Shown: in pieces, positions 10,080-18,967 of the stretch
How the letters are laid out: every line of letters begins with the position of its first letter
Numbering within the stretch: the first letter of the stretch is position 1
NCBI GenBank assembly: GCA_963823335.1
Contig: CAWGLD010000006.1
Span: forward strand, 96,001-160,000
DNA length: 64,000 nucleotides
Origin: an uncultured delta proteobacterium
GTDB taxonomy: Bacteria > Desulfobacterota > Desulfobacteria > Desulfobacterales > B30-G6
Direction: 5' to 3'
Position numbers and translations under genes: made by a program
The notes under the pieces: generated by a model
Told to the model about the DNA's origin: nothing
What the model saw: the letters and a program-made list of their open reading frames with translations, nothing else
The model's database searches: none

Positions 10080-12164
10080 CTATAAATCTATCCACACAAA
10101 CCCATACGAATCCACCGTGCAGGCGGCATCTTCACCGATCACGATGGTGGATTCTCTCTCTTCTATAATTGCCGGTCCCTGAATAGCAGCACCTTGAAAG
10201 AGTTTCATCCGATCATACACCTCGTGAGGCAAAAACATCTTTCGCGTCAATGAAAATGCAGGGCGTGTTCCCTTCAGTGCATCTGTCAGCTGTCCTGTCT
10301 GCTTATCAAACCTGGGAAGTTGAAACGGTCTTTCCGGCTCACTGATCCGGACCTTGAATGTTACAAACTCGATCTGTGTTTCCGGATACGTTCGGCCATA
10401 GAGTTTCTCATAAGCCTGGTCGAAAAGATGACGAATATCAGAAATTTCCCACTCATAGAAAGGTTTGTTTTTCACGCTGAGATCAGTTTCGGCACCCTGA
10501 CCAATGAATCGCATCATAAGGGTTCTCTCAATACGCAAGGAATCGTCATCGATGGATTTTTGCAAAATAGCGGCACCCTCGGTCTCCAGGGTTTGGAAAA
10601 GATTCTCGATATAATCAAAATCGGCTTCGTCAAGTCTTACCCGATGACTCCTGGTCAGATCAAATGCCACCGGCGCTGTAAAAAATCCCAGAGCGGATCC
10701 AACACCTGCCAATGGGGGTACGAGTATTCTGGGTGCGTTGATCTTTTTTGCAAGCCCGTAGGCATGAACAGGCCCGGCGCCGCCGAAGGCCGAAATGGTG
10801 ACGATATTGGGGTTGCCGCCTTTTTCTGCAATGTGTGTTTTTGCTGCTGCGGCCATGGTTTCATTGATAAGGTCGTGGATGCCGAATGCGGCCTCCACCA
10901 GTGTGGTGCCCAGTGGTTTTGCAATTGTTTCCAGGATGGCATTTTCGGCAGCAGATTTGTCCAGTTTCATGCTGCCTCCCAGAAAATACTCCGGGTCCAG
11001 ATATCCCAGCACCAGGTCTGCATCGGTAACGGTCGGGTTGGTCCCTCCCTTACCATAGCAGACAGGGCCGGGGTCTGCGCCGGCGCTCTCCGGTCCCACC
11101 TGAAGCAGACCCATGCCACTTATCTTTGCCATGCTGCCACCGCCGGCACCGATTTCCATCAGATCGACAACCGGAACCTGAATGGGCAGTCCGCTGCCTT
11201 TTTTGAATCGCTGCACCCTTCCCACCTCAAAAGTGGAAACCATGCCTGCCTGCCCTTTTTGTATCAGACACGATTTAGCGGTGGTACCACCCATGTCAAA
11301 ACAGAACATGTCCTTGATCTGAAACAGGCCGCCATAGTGCTGGGATGCGATCACGGCAGCCGTAGGGCCAGATTCTATAATACGTACCGGATATTTACTG
11401 GCGGTTTCGATGGAGGTAATTCCGCCGCTGGATAGCATGATGAAAAGTTTTCCATTAAATCCTAGGGAGTTCAGTCTTGAAGAAAGTTTTTCAAGGTACT
11501 TGGATGTTATGGGCTTAACATATGCGTTCGTGACGGTTGTGCAGGTTCTTTCATATTCACGAATTTGGGGCAGAACCTCGAATGAAGTGGATAGTGAAAG
11601 TCCTGGTGCGAGCTTTTCTATCTCGGCTTTAACTGCTTTTTCGTGAATCGGGTTTTCAAAGGAATTGAGAAGACACACCGCCAAAGACTCGATCTGCATT
11701 TCCTGTAGTTCCTGCAGGACCGCAGCGATATCCTCTACCTGAATCGGCAGCAGGACTCTGCCGTCGCTGGCCACACGTTCGGCGATTTCCTTTCTGAGAA
11801 ACCGGGGAACCAGGGGCTCAGGATATTCCGCAAAAATATCATAGGCATCATAGCGAAGTTCTCTACCAAGTTCCAGCACATCTCTGAAACCCTGGGTGGT
11901 TATGAGGCCGGTCCTGGCACCTTTTCTTTCGATGATGGCATTGATAACCAGGGTGGTCCCATGAATAAATTCATCCGTAGAGGCCATAAATTCAGGGGCA
12001 TTGATTTCGAGCTGGCCAACGCCCTCTGCAACGGCGGTGGATGGATCCGAGGGGGTTGTCAAACACTTGTGCGTCTGGAATTCACCGGTCTGGTCATTCA
12101 CCAGTACAAAATCCGTAAATGTGCCGCCGATATCACAGCCCAAACGAAAGGCATTTTTCTTCAC
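10080..12164 (-). CDS. Hydantoinase A/oxoprolinase ATP-binding subunit
   Basis: DIGGTFTD, HGTT, ESGP, DMGGTT, IGAGGGS, SAGADPGP and FGGAGP motifs. GTG at 12164 follows GGAG; alternative TTG start at 12176. Confidence 0.92.
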   Translation of the reverse strand: MKKNAFRLGCDIGGTFTDFVLVNDQTGEFQTHKCLTTPSDPSTAVAEGVGQLEINAPEFMASTDEFIHGTTLVINAIIERKGARTGLITTQGFRDVLELGRELRYDAYDIFAEYPEPLVPRFLRKEIAERVASDGRVLLPIQVEDIAAVLQELQEMQIESLAVCLLNSFENPIHEKAVKAEIEKLAPGLSLSTSFEVLPQIREYERTCTTVTNAYVKPITSKYLEKLSSRLNSLGFNGKLFIMLSSGGITSIETASKYPVRIIESGPTAAVIASQHYGGLFQIKDMFCFDMGGTTAKSCLIQKGQAGMVSTFEVGRVQRFKKGSGLPIQVPVVDLMEIGAGGGSMAKISGMGLLQVGPESAGADPGPVCYGKGGTNPTVTDADLVLGYLDPEYFLGGSMKLDKSAAENAILETIAKPLGTTLVEAAFGIHDLINETMAAAAKTHIAEKGGNPNIVTISAFGGAGPVHAYGLAKKINAPRILVPPLAGVGSALGFFTAPVAFDLTRSHRVRLDEADFDYIENLFQTLETEGAAILQKSIDDDSLRIERTLMMRFIGQGAETDLSVKNKPFYEWEISDIRHLFDQAYEKLYGRTYPETQIEFVTFKVRISEPERPFQLPRFDKQTGQLTDALKGTRPAFSLTRKMFLPHEVYDRMKLFQGAAIQGPAIIEERESTIVIGEDAACTVDSYGFVWIDL

Positions 12165-12336
12165 GTCATTCTCCAATTATTTTTTGCACCAAACGATTAG
12201 GACATAATTCATGAAACACGCATGTGACGCAATAACGCTGGGATGCCTGGAGGCCTGGAGGCTGGGAAGCTGCTAACAGGCGATAACTCTCAGCCCCCTC
12301 CAACCCTTGTATCACCCTCGGACCCTTGTACCCTCT

Positions 12337-13971
12337 CTAGAAGATGCCCGGCTCTTGCCACTCCCCAAAAATATCACGAAGAACGGCAGTCATCTCCCCG
12401 ACAGTGGCATATTCACGGCAGCAGTCCACCAGCAAGGGCATGACATTGTCCCCCTTTCTGGTTCCCTTGTCGAGTTCTTTTAAGGTGCGGTTCACTGCCT
12501 GGTTGTTACGAGAGCCCTTTAAATCCTGTAGACTTTTGATCTGTTTTTCAACCCAGGCTTCGTTATGCTCGTGAAGTTCCACATCAGGGCCGGTTTCGTC
12601 AACGTCGGTGTATTTATTTAAACCGATCTTGATATATTCCCCACTTTGCAGTCCTTTTTCATATTCATAAGCCTGCTGGGCCACTTTTCTCTGTATATAA
12701 CCGGATGAAACTGCAGCAATCATACCACCGACGTGCTGGATAGCTGTCCTTTCCTCCTGAACTTTGTCTTCCATCTGCTTGGTGAGCGTTTCGATAAAAT
12801 AGGATCCCGCCAAGGGGTCCACAGTGTCCCTCAGACCGACTTCATCCATGATGATTTCAAGCGTTCTGAGAGAAAGCAGAGCTGCACGAGGTGTGGGGAT
12901 GGTGTATGCTTCATCAAAGGAGCACAGCGCGGTTGTCTGGGCGCCACTGAGTGCGGCACCGAGAGCATAGAAGGCACTTCTCATGATGTTGTTTTCCGGT
13001 TGCTCTTTTGTCAGACCGCTGCCACCGCCACCAAAAAGGCCCCGTAAAAAGAGTTTCTTTTTATCCTGAATACCGTATTCATCCCTCAACATCCGGGCCC
13101 AAAGCTTTCTGGCTGACCTGAATTTGGCTATTTGCTCCCACAGGTTTCCAAAGACATTCAGGTTGAAGGAAAAACGCCCCACAAAATCTCCTACATCTAT
13201 ACCTCGCGCCGCTACATTGTCTATGTAGGATTTTGCAATTTCAAAAGCACAGGCGATTTCCTGTGAGGGTGTCGCACCTGATTCCCGGATGTGATAGCCG
13301 CAGACACTCACCGGATTGCACCTGGGCAGCGCTTTCATGCTGTATTCAATACTGTCGCCAACCAGCCTAACGGCATGTTCAACAGGAAATATCCAGGCCC
13401 CGCGACCAATCATCTCCTTCAGGATATCGTTCTGGGGGGTGGCGCTGATACGGTCTATGGCATAACCGGTTTTTTCTGCAAGAGCCTGATACATGGCCAG
13501 CGTGATACATGCAATGGCGTTGATGGTGAGCCCAGTACCAATCCGATCGAGGGGGATACCGTCAAAGGCGATTTCAAAATCCCGCAGAGAATCGACAGCC
13601 ATACCAACGCGACCGACCTCTCCGGCAGCAAGTGGACTGTCGGAGTCCAATCCCATCTGTGTCGGAAGATCAAAGGCGACATTCAGCCCGGTCTGGCCGT
13701 GTGAAATCATATATTTAAATCGTTTGTTGGTCTCTTCCGGTGTTCCAAAACCGGTATACTGGCGTGTCGTCCAGGCCCGACTGCGATAACCCTGGGGGTG
13801 CAGACTCCGGGTGAACGGGTATTCCCCGGGATCACCCAGGTCCTTTTGATAATCGAAACCTACCGCCGTAAGATCATCCGGTGTGTACACAGGTTTGACT
13901 TTGATACCCGATTGATATTCAACCTCTGTGATGGCCCCTTTTTCATCTTTGATATATTTGGCAACACCCAT
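12337..13971 (-). CDS. Coenzyme B12-dependent acyl-CoA mutase, substrate-binding large subunit (candidate (2-aminophenyl)succinyl-CoA mutase)
   Basis: PGEYPFTR, WTTRQYTGF, AFDLPTQMG, QNDILKE, GYHIRESG and DPLAGSY motifs. Confidence 0.9.
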   Translation of the reverse strand: MGVAKYIKDEKGAITEVEYQSGIKVKPVYTPDDLTAVGFDYQKDLGDPGEYPFTRSLHPQGYRSRAWTTRQYTGFGTPEETNKRFKYMISHGQTGLNVAFDLPTQMGLDSDSPLAAGEVGRVGMAVDSLRDFEIAFDGIPLDRIGTGLTINAIACITLAMYQALAEKTGYAIDRISATPQNDILKEMIGRGAWIFPVEHAVRLVGDSIEYSMKALPRCNPVSVCGYHIRESGATPSQEIACAFEIAKSYIDNVAARGIDVGDFVGRFSFNLNVFGNLWEQIAKFRSARKLWARMLRDEYGIQDKKKLFLRGLFGGGGSGLTKEQPENNIMRSAFYALGAALSGAQTTALCSFDEAYTIPTPRAALLSLRTLEIIMDEVGLRDTVDPLAGSYFIETLTKQMEDKVQEERTAIQHVGGMIAAVSSGYIQRKVAQQAYEYEKGLQSGEYIKIGLNKYTDVDETGPDVELHEHNEAWVEKQIKSLQDLKGSRNNQAVNRTLKELDKGTRKGDNVMPLLVDCCREYATVGEMTAVLRDIFGEWQEPGIF

Positions 13972-14104
13972 CTGTTCACCTTTTTTTTGAGCGGTAAGAC
14001 GTAAGCACGAACGTTATTGTTTTAAGTTTTAGGTTTTAAGTTTTAGGAAGACCCAAGCGAGACGATCGTATTTTTCAATGTCAAAACGTAACACCTAAGT
14101 ACCA

Positions 14105-14503
14105 TCATTTATTGCTGATTTCTTTTATTCCTTCAATCATAACGTCAAAAAGGGTTCCACCTGGATAGACGCCTTTGATGCCCATTTGCTCAAGTTTCAC
14201 GATGTCGCGTGCAGGTATGACACCGCCTACCACAACCCCGGTGGACTCAATGCCTTCCTGTGTCATCATCGCGAGAAGCTTTTCACAGATGCTAAGGTGA
14301 GCACCAGACATGATACTGAGCCCAATGATGTCAACGGCTTCCTGAACAGCTGTTCTTACAATCTGCTCAACCGGTTGATGAAGCCCGGTGTATACCACCT
14401 CCATGCCCGCGTCCCGAAGTGCCAGTGCAACAATCTTTGCGCCTCTGTCATGACCATCCAATCCAGGTTTTGCAATGAGTATTTTTATTTTTTTATCGCG
14501 CAT
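14105..14503 (-). CDS. B12-binding small subunit of acyl-CoA mutase
   Basis: KPGLDGHDRG (base-off/His-on) and GGVIP motifs. Confidence 0.95.
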   Translation of the reverse strand: MRDKKIKILIAKPGLDGHDRGAKIVALALRDAGMEVVYTGLHQPVEQIVRTAVQEAVDIIGLSIMSGAHLSICEKLLAMMTQEGIESTGVVVGGVIPARDIVKLEQMGIKGVYPGGTLFDVMIEGIKEISNK

Positions 14504-14556
14504 AAGAAAATCCTTTTATAATTCAGGTTAATCAGACTGTATAGCCTGTCAGTCTA

Positions 14557-14702
14557 TAGAAGCCATCTCAAAAAAAGGGTTTTGGCTCAAGTTCAAGGCG
14601 GGCCCGAACTTCAACCCGCAGGCATACTGAAGTATTCCGAGGAGTTGAAGCAAGGGACCAACACAGAAATTGGATCAAAAAACTTTTTTGAGATAGCTTA
14701 TA
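14557..14702. mobile_element. 146-bp non-autonomous MITE, copy 2
   Basis: Near-identical to 2763-2908 with the same TIRs and terminal TA. Confidence 0.85.
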
Positions 14703-14722
14703 GTCTATCCACCTGAGGGGTC

Positions 14723-15421
14723 CTAGCTCAACTCGTCATACGATTCCATTACCGCTTTCTTCCCACGGGCCAAATGCTCCCGGACAAGATTTTCAACACC
14801 GTCCGCATCTCGCTGTCTGATGCGGTCGAGCATATCTTTATGATCCTCATTGCTCATTTTCGCCAGTTTCTCATTTCTCAGTATCAGCTGTCGAAATCGA
14901 TAGATCTGATCGCGCAGATTATTGATCATATGGATCAGCTTCGGGCTTCTGCTCAAGGCATACAATAGATCGTGAAAATCTGTGTTGATGTCGGGAAGCG
15001 CGTCGAGATCTTTATTATCCAAATGTTTCTGATATATCTTGATCTTTTTCTCAAGAGGTTTAAGGTCTGTCGGACGATGCTTTTCGGCAGCTAATCGTGC
15101 TGCATAGCTTTCCAGAACGCTTCGAATACCGAATGTTTCTTCTACGTCCTCCCGGCTGAGCCCCAGCACATTGAAGCCACCCCGGGGAAGTTTTCGTAAA
15201 TAGCCTTCTCTTTCCAGTTTGTGGATAGCTTCTCTGACCGGTGTCCGGCTGATGCCGAGCGTTTCTGCCAAACGACTTTCGATGAGCCTTCCGCCCGGTG
15301 GCACATCACCTTTGATGATCGCGTTTTTCAGATTCTCGAACACATGCTGTCCGAGTGATTTTCGTTGACCGATTTTATCGAGTTCTTCCAATCCTGTGCC
15401 GCTGTCTTTTTGGGAACCCAT
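14723..15421 (-). CDS. GntR/FadR-family transcriptional regulator (FCD domain)
   Basis: N-terminal wHTH LAETLGISRTPVREA; C-terminal FCD motifs (NTDFH, EDHKDM, EHL). Confidence 0.93.
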   Translation of the reverse strand: MGSQKDSGTGLEELDKIGQRKSLGQHVFENLKNAIIKGDVPPGGRLIESRLAETLGISRTPVREAIHKLEREGYLRKLPRGGFNVLGLSREDVEETFGIRSVLESYAARLAAEKHRPTDLKPLEKKIKIYQKHLDNKDLDALPDINTDFHDLLYALSRSPKLIHMINNLRDQIYRFRQLILRNEKLAKMSNEDHKDMLDRIRQRDADGVENLVREHLARGKKAVMESYDELS

Positions 15422-15470
15422 GGTCTATCCCTGCTGTTTTCAATTGCCCCAACATCTGTTATAACAAGCG

Positions 15471-16661
15471 CTATATGACGCCTCTGCTTTTCAGAGCTTC
15501 GAGAGTTGCTGGATCATACCCCAGTTTCTGACCATAAATTTCATTGTTATGCTCACCAAAGCGGGGTGGAAACGTAAGCTGGCCCCCGCTGTTTTTTATA
15601 AATGAAGTCATGATGGGTGGTGGTGACAACGTAATTTGTTGGGAAGTGATGGGATCTTTGGCGAAGAGCAATTGTTTCTTGACCAATGGGTCTTGAATGA
15701 CATCCGTGATGGACTTGATCTTGCTGACAGGGACCGTTATGGACTGTAAGAGTTCGATAAGATCCTCGGAGGTCATTTCTTGGGTGATGGCATTCATGGC
15801 CTTATTCAAATTTGTAACATCCTGTATTCTACCGGAATTTTTCTCGTATTCTGGTTTGTCAAGGGATTTGAACATTGATTGCTTCACCAGCGTCTTCCAC
15901 TGTCGATCATTTCCGACCGCCATATAAATAAAGCCGTTTTGGGTTTTATAAACCGAAACAGGACAAAAAAATTCATGGGTGTTGCCTCTACGGGTAATTT
16001 TTTTTCCAAAACTGGACGTCAGGGTAATGGGAACCGTTAACCATGAAACAGAAGATTCGAACATGGACAAATCAATACGGCTCCCCTCTCCTGTGAATTG
16101 CTTTTTTAAAAGTGCTTTCATGAGGAGTCCGTAAGCATGTTCGCTGGTTCCCATGTCCGGCAGAGGTATGCCAAGCACCTGCGGATCACCATCCGCTGTC
16201 CCTGTGAGGTCCATCAGTCCTGATCTTGCCTGTAAAATCGGATCATAGGCACCCTCGTTGCTGTCCGGTCCGAATCCGGTGACACCCAGCCAGATGATGT
16301 CTTCCTTGACACTTTTGAGCCGATCGAAATCGATACCCAGTTTCTGATAGTTTTTTGGCAATTGATTGGTGATAAAGATATCGACGTTCAACGCATGAAT
16401 CAACCGATCAAAAATATCCCGTCCATCAGGATCGGCAAGATTCAGAGTTAAAGCCTTCTTTCCGGCATTGATACAAAGGTAATAGGCATTCATACGGTTC
16501 TCACTTAACACATTATCCCCGATCATCCTGTTAGGGTCTCCATAAACAGGGTGCTCCAGACGGATAATATTCATGCCGTCCTGGGCGAGTCGATAGGTAA
16601 GATACGGAACTACCGTGGCCTGTTCCAAGGATAACACCGTTATGGTTTTTAAAAAATCCAT
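15471..16661 (-). CDS. Family III (CaiB/BaiF) CoA-transferase (IaaL-like)
   Basis: NAGKKALTLNL, GFGPD, AYDPILQARSGLM motifs, active-site Asp in PLPDMG, and PPRFGEHN. Confidence 0.9.
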   Translation of the reverse strand: MDFLKTITVLSLEQATVVPYLTYRLAQDGMNIIRLEHPVYGDPNRMIGDNVLSENRMNAYYLCINAGKKALTLNLADPDGRDIFDRLIHALNVDIFITNQLPKNYQKLGIDFDRLKSVKEDIIWLGVTGFGPDSNEGAYDPILQARSGLMDLTGTADGDPQVLGIPLPDMGTSEHAYGLLMKALLKKQFTGEGSRIDLSMFESSVSWLTVPITLTSSFGKKITRRGNTHEFFCPVSVYKTQNGFIYMAVGNDRQWKTLVKQSMFKSLDKPEYEKNSGRIQDVTNLNKAMNAITQEMTSEDLIELLQSITVPVSKIKSITDVIQDPLVKKQLLFAKDPITSQQITLSPPPIMTSFIKNSGGQLTFPPRFGEHNNEIYGQKLGYDPATLEALKSRGVI

Positions 16662-16744
16662 ATGTCTCTCCTTGATATGAAAATAGAATGTAGTGTAATT
16701 AGAGATTGCCTGTCAGTGGTGGGGCTTTCGCTGCTCAGTATAAT

Positions 16745-16761
16745 TTGTATACTGTATACAA
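16745..16761. promoter_or_regulatory. Putative GntR operator TTGTATAC-T-GTATACAA
   Basis: Perfect 8-1-8 palindrome in the divergent promoter, overlapping a minus-strand TTGACA-N18-TATACA; the core recurs at 25897-25911. Confidence 0.75.
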
Positions 16762-16943
16762 GAAACTATTGTCAAGAATTGTTTGTGATGATATGAATGC
16801 TTTCTTGTATTGACTTTAAATTTAAGTGTACAGTAGGTGAGATTGAAGATTCCTTACAGCAAGCCACGGGGAATGCGCTCGCTGTTTCGGTTCACTGTTC
16901 GGTTCAGTAAATTTATCATCTCAAACGCAAGGAGGTTCATGTA

Positions 16944-17156
16944 ATGGCTGATGTTAATGCTCCCATGCCCGGAAAAATCTGCGAAGTAAAAGTCAGTCCT
17001 GGGGATACCGTTATAGAAGATCAGGAAGTTTTGGTTCTCGAAGCAATGAAAATGGAAATGCCGATTGTCGCAACGGCCGCCGGCACGGTTAAATCCGTCA
17101 ACTGTAGTGAAGGGGATGCGGTACAGGGTGGCGATGTCCTTATGGTCATTGATTGA
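16944..17156 (+). CDS. Stand-alone biotin carboxyl carrier protein
   Basis: 70 aa with APMPGKI and EAMKME biotinylation motif; AAGGAGG RBS. Confidence 0.93.
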   Translation: MADVNAPMPGKICEVKVSPGDTVIEDQEVLVLEAMKMEMPIVATAAGTVKSVNCSEGDAVQGGDVLMVID

Positions 17157-17218
17157 TTTCGTGACAGGCATTTTTTTCCGGTTATACGAGTTGGGGTTTA
17201 TAGCGAAAGGGGGCCGGC

Positions 17219-18781
17219 ATGTCCGACCAGACCACACATAAAAGTGAGCTGAAACGCCTAGCGGCTCTCACGGAAAGGGCTGAACTGGGGGGCGGTGTTA
17301 AAACTATCGATAAACGTCATGCCCAGGGAAAGCTTACTGCCAGAGAACGCCTGACTCTTTTATTCGACCCTCATTCATTCGTGGAAATGAATCAACTTGC
17401 CGAGAGCCAGGCCGTTGATTTCGGCATGCAGGAAAAAAAGGTTCCCGGCGACGGTGTCGTCATCGGCTATGGTAACATTGATGAGCGGCTCGTTTTTGCC
17501 TATGCCCAGGATGCCACGGTGCTGGGAGGATCGGTTGGAACCGTTCACGGCCAGAAAATATGCCGTATCATGGATGAAGCTTTGAAGGTCAAGGCACCCA
17601 TCGTGGGGCTTTTCGATTCCGGAGGCGGCAGAATCCATGAGGGCTTTTTCGCATCCAAGGGTGTGGCCGGTATGTTTTACCGCAATACAGCGGCATCAGG
17701 TGTCATCCCCCAGATCTCTGCCATGATGGGACCCTGTGCCGGCGTATCGGTCTACTCCCCTGCCCTGACAGACTTCATTATCATGGTGGAGGGTACCAGC
17801 CAGATGGCCATTACCGGTCCGGGAGTGATAAAATCCGTTACCGGTGAGGATGTGACCCTGGAAGAGCTGGGTGGCGCAAAGGTGCACAGCGAAATAACCG
17901 GCCAGGCTCATCTTGTTGTCAATACCGACCAAGACTGCATTCAGTCAATTCGCAATCTCCTGGCCTATCTCCCCTCAAACAATGAAGCATCTCCACCCCT
18001 TGTAGAATCGAATGAAGACCCCTTTCGCTCGGATCCATCTTTGGAAGATATTGTTCCTGCAGATTTCAGAAAGGCATACGATATGCGAAAGGTCATTACA
18101 CGCGTGGTGGACCAGGAGACCTTCCACGAACTGCTTCCCAGATATGCAAAAAGCATCATCATCGGATTTGCGCGAATGGATGGGCAGACCATCGGCATTG
18201 TCGCTAACCAGCCTATTTATCTTGCAGGATGTCTGGATGTCAACAGCTCGGACAAGGCCGCCAGATTCATTCGATTCTGTGATGCCTTCAATATCCCCTT
18301 GATCAACCTTGTGGATGTGCCCGGATATTTTCCAGGTGTCAAACAGGAGTACGCCGGTATCATCCGGCATGGCGCCAAAATGCTGTATGCCTATGCCGAG
18401 GCAACCGTTCCCAAAATCACCCTGGCCTTGAGAAAGGAATACGGAGGCGCCGTCATGGCCATGTGCTGCGTAGGAATGGGTGTGGACCAGATGCTGGCCT
18501 GGCCGATTGCCAAACTGGTTGTCCTGGACACCACTACGGCCGTGAACCTGATCTTTCGAAAAGAAATCCAATCTGCCGAGGATCCTGACGAATTCAGACA
18601 GCGCATGATCAAGGCCTATGACCAGAAGTATTCAAATCCTTTTCATGCGGCTTCCAACATGCTCGTGGATGCGATCATCGAACCAAGCCAGACACGACCT
18701 GAGCTAATCAAAGCCCTGCGAATGCTTAAAACAAAAAAACGTCCCGGACCTTTCAGACGACATGGGAATATACCACTATGA
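17219..18781 (+). CDS. Acyl-CoA carboxyltransferase/decarboxylase subunit (PccB/MmdA family)
   Basis: GKLTARER, GDGVV, DSGGGRI, GPCAG, LEELGGA, DVPGY and HGNIPL motifs. Confidence 0.92.
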   Translation: MSDQTTHKSELKRLAALTERAELGGGVKTIDKRHAQGKLTARERLTLLFDPHSFVEMNQLAESQAVDFGMQEKKVPGDGVVIGYGNIDERLVFAYAQDATVLGGSVGTVHGQKICRIMDEALKVKAPIVGLFDSGGGRIHEGFFASKGVAGMFYRNTAASGVIPQISAMMGPCAGVSVYSPALTDFIIMVEGTSQMAITGPGVIKSVTGEDVTLEELGGAKVHSEITGQAHLVVNTDQDCIQSIRNLLAYLPSNNEASPPLVESNEDPFRSDPSLEDIVPADFRKAYDMRKVITRVVDQETFHELLPRYAKSIIIGFARMDGQTIGIVANQPIYLAGCLDVNSSDKAARFIRFCDAFNIPLINLVDVPGYFPGVKQEYAGIIRHGAKMLYAYAEATVPKITLALRKEYGGAVMAMCCVGMGVDQMLAWPIAKLVVLDTTTAVNLIFRKEIQSAEDPDEFRQRMIKAYDQKYSNPFHAASNMLVDAIIEPSQTRPELIKALRMLKTKKRPGPFRRHGNIPL

Positions 18782-18967
18782 TATTGATCGGCTCCTTTGG
18801 GGCAAATCAATATTAAAGGTTCAAGGGGCCAAGGATTCGAGGGTTCGAGGGTGGCTGAGGGCGATCAGCTGACAGCAGCATCCTCGCCTCCCAGCATACA
18901 AGGGATCAAGATACTGATTTTACTCGTATGTCTATGAAAAAAAACCAATCGAAACAGGGAGAATATC

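Noticed and set aside
10320-11435. 371-aa plus-strand ORF, and similar long antisense ORFs such as 38206-38997, 59126-59788 and 62540-63340
   Set aside because: Shadow frames opposite well-supported genes, with no recognisable motifs.
14504-14722. Cobalamin riboswitch upstream of the mutase genes
   Set aside because: The spacer is explained by the MITE; no B12-box consensus was seen.
12337-18781. Ordinary propionate/methylmalonyl-CoA pathway
   Set aside because: Not excluded, but there is no biotin carboxylase, the mutase pocket is atypical, and the genes are embedded in an iaa-like operon.
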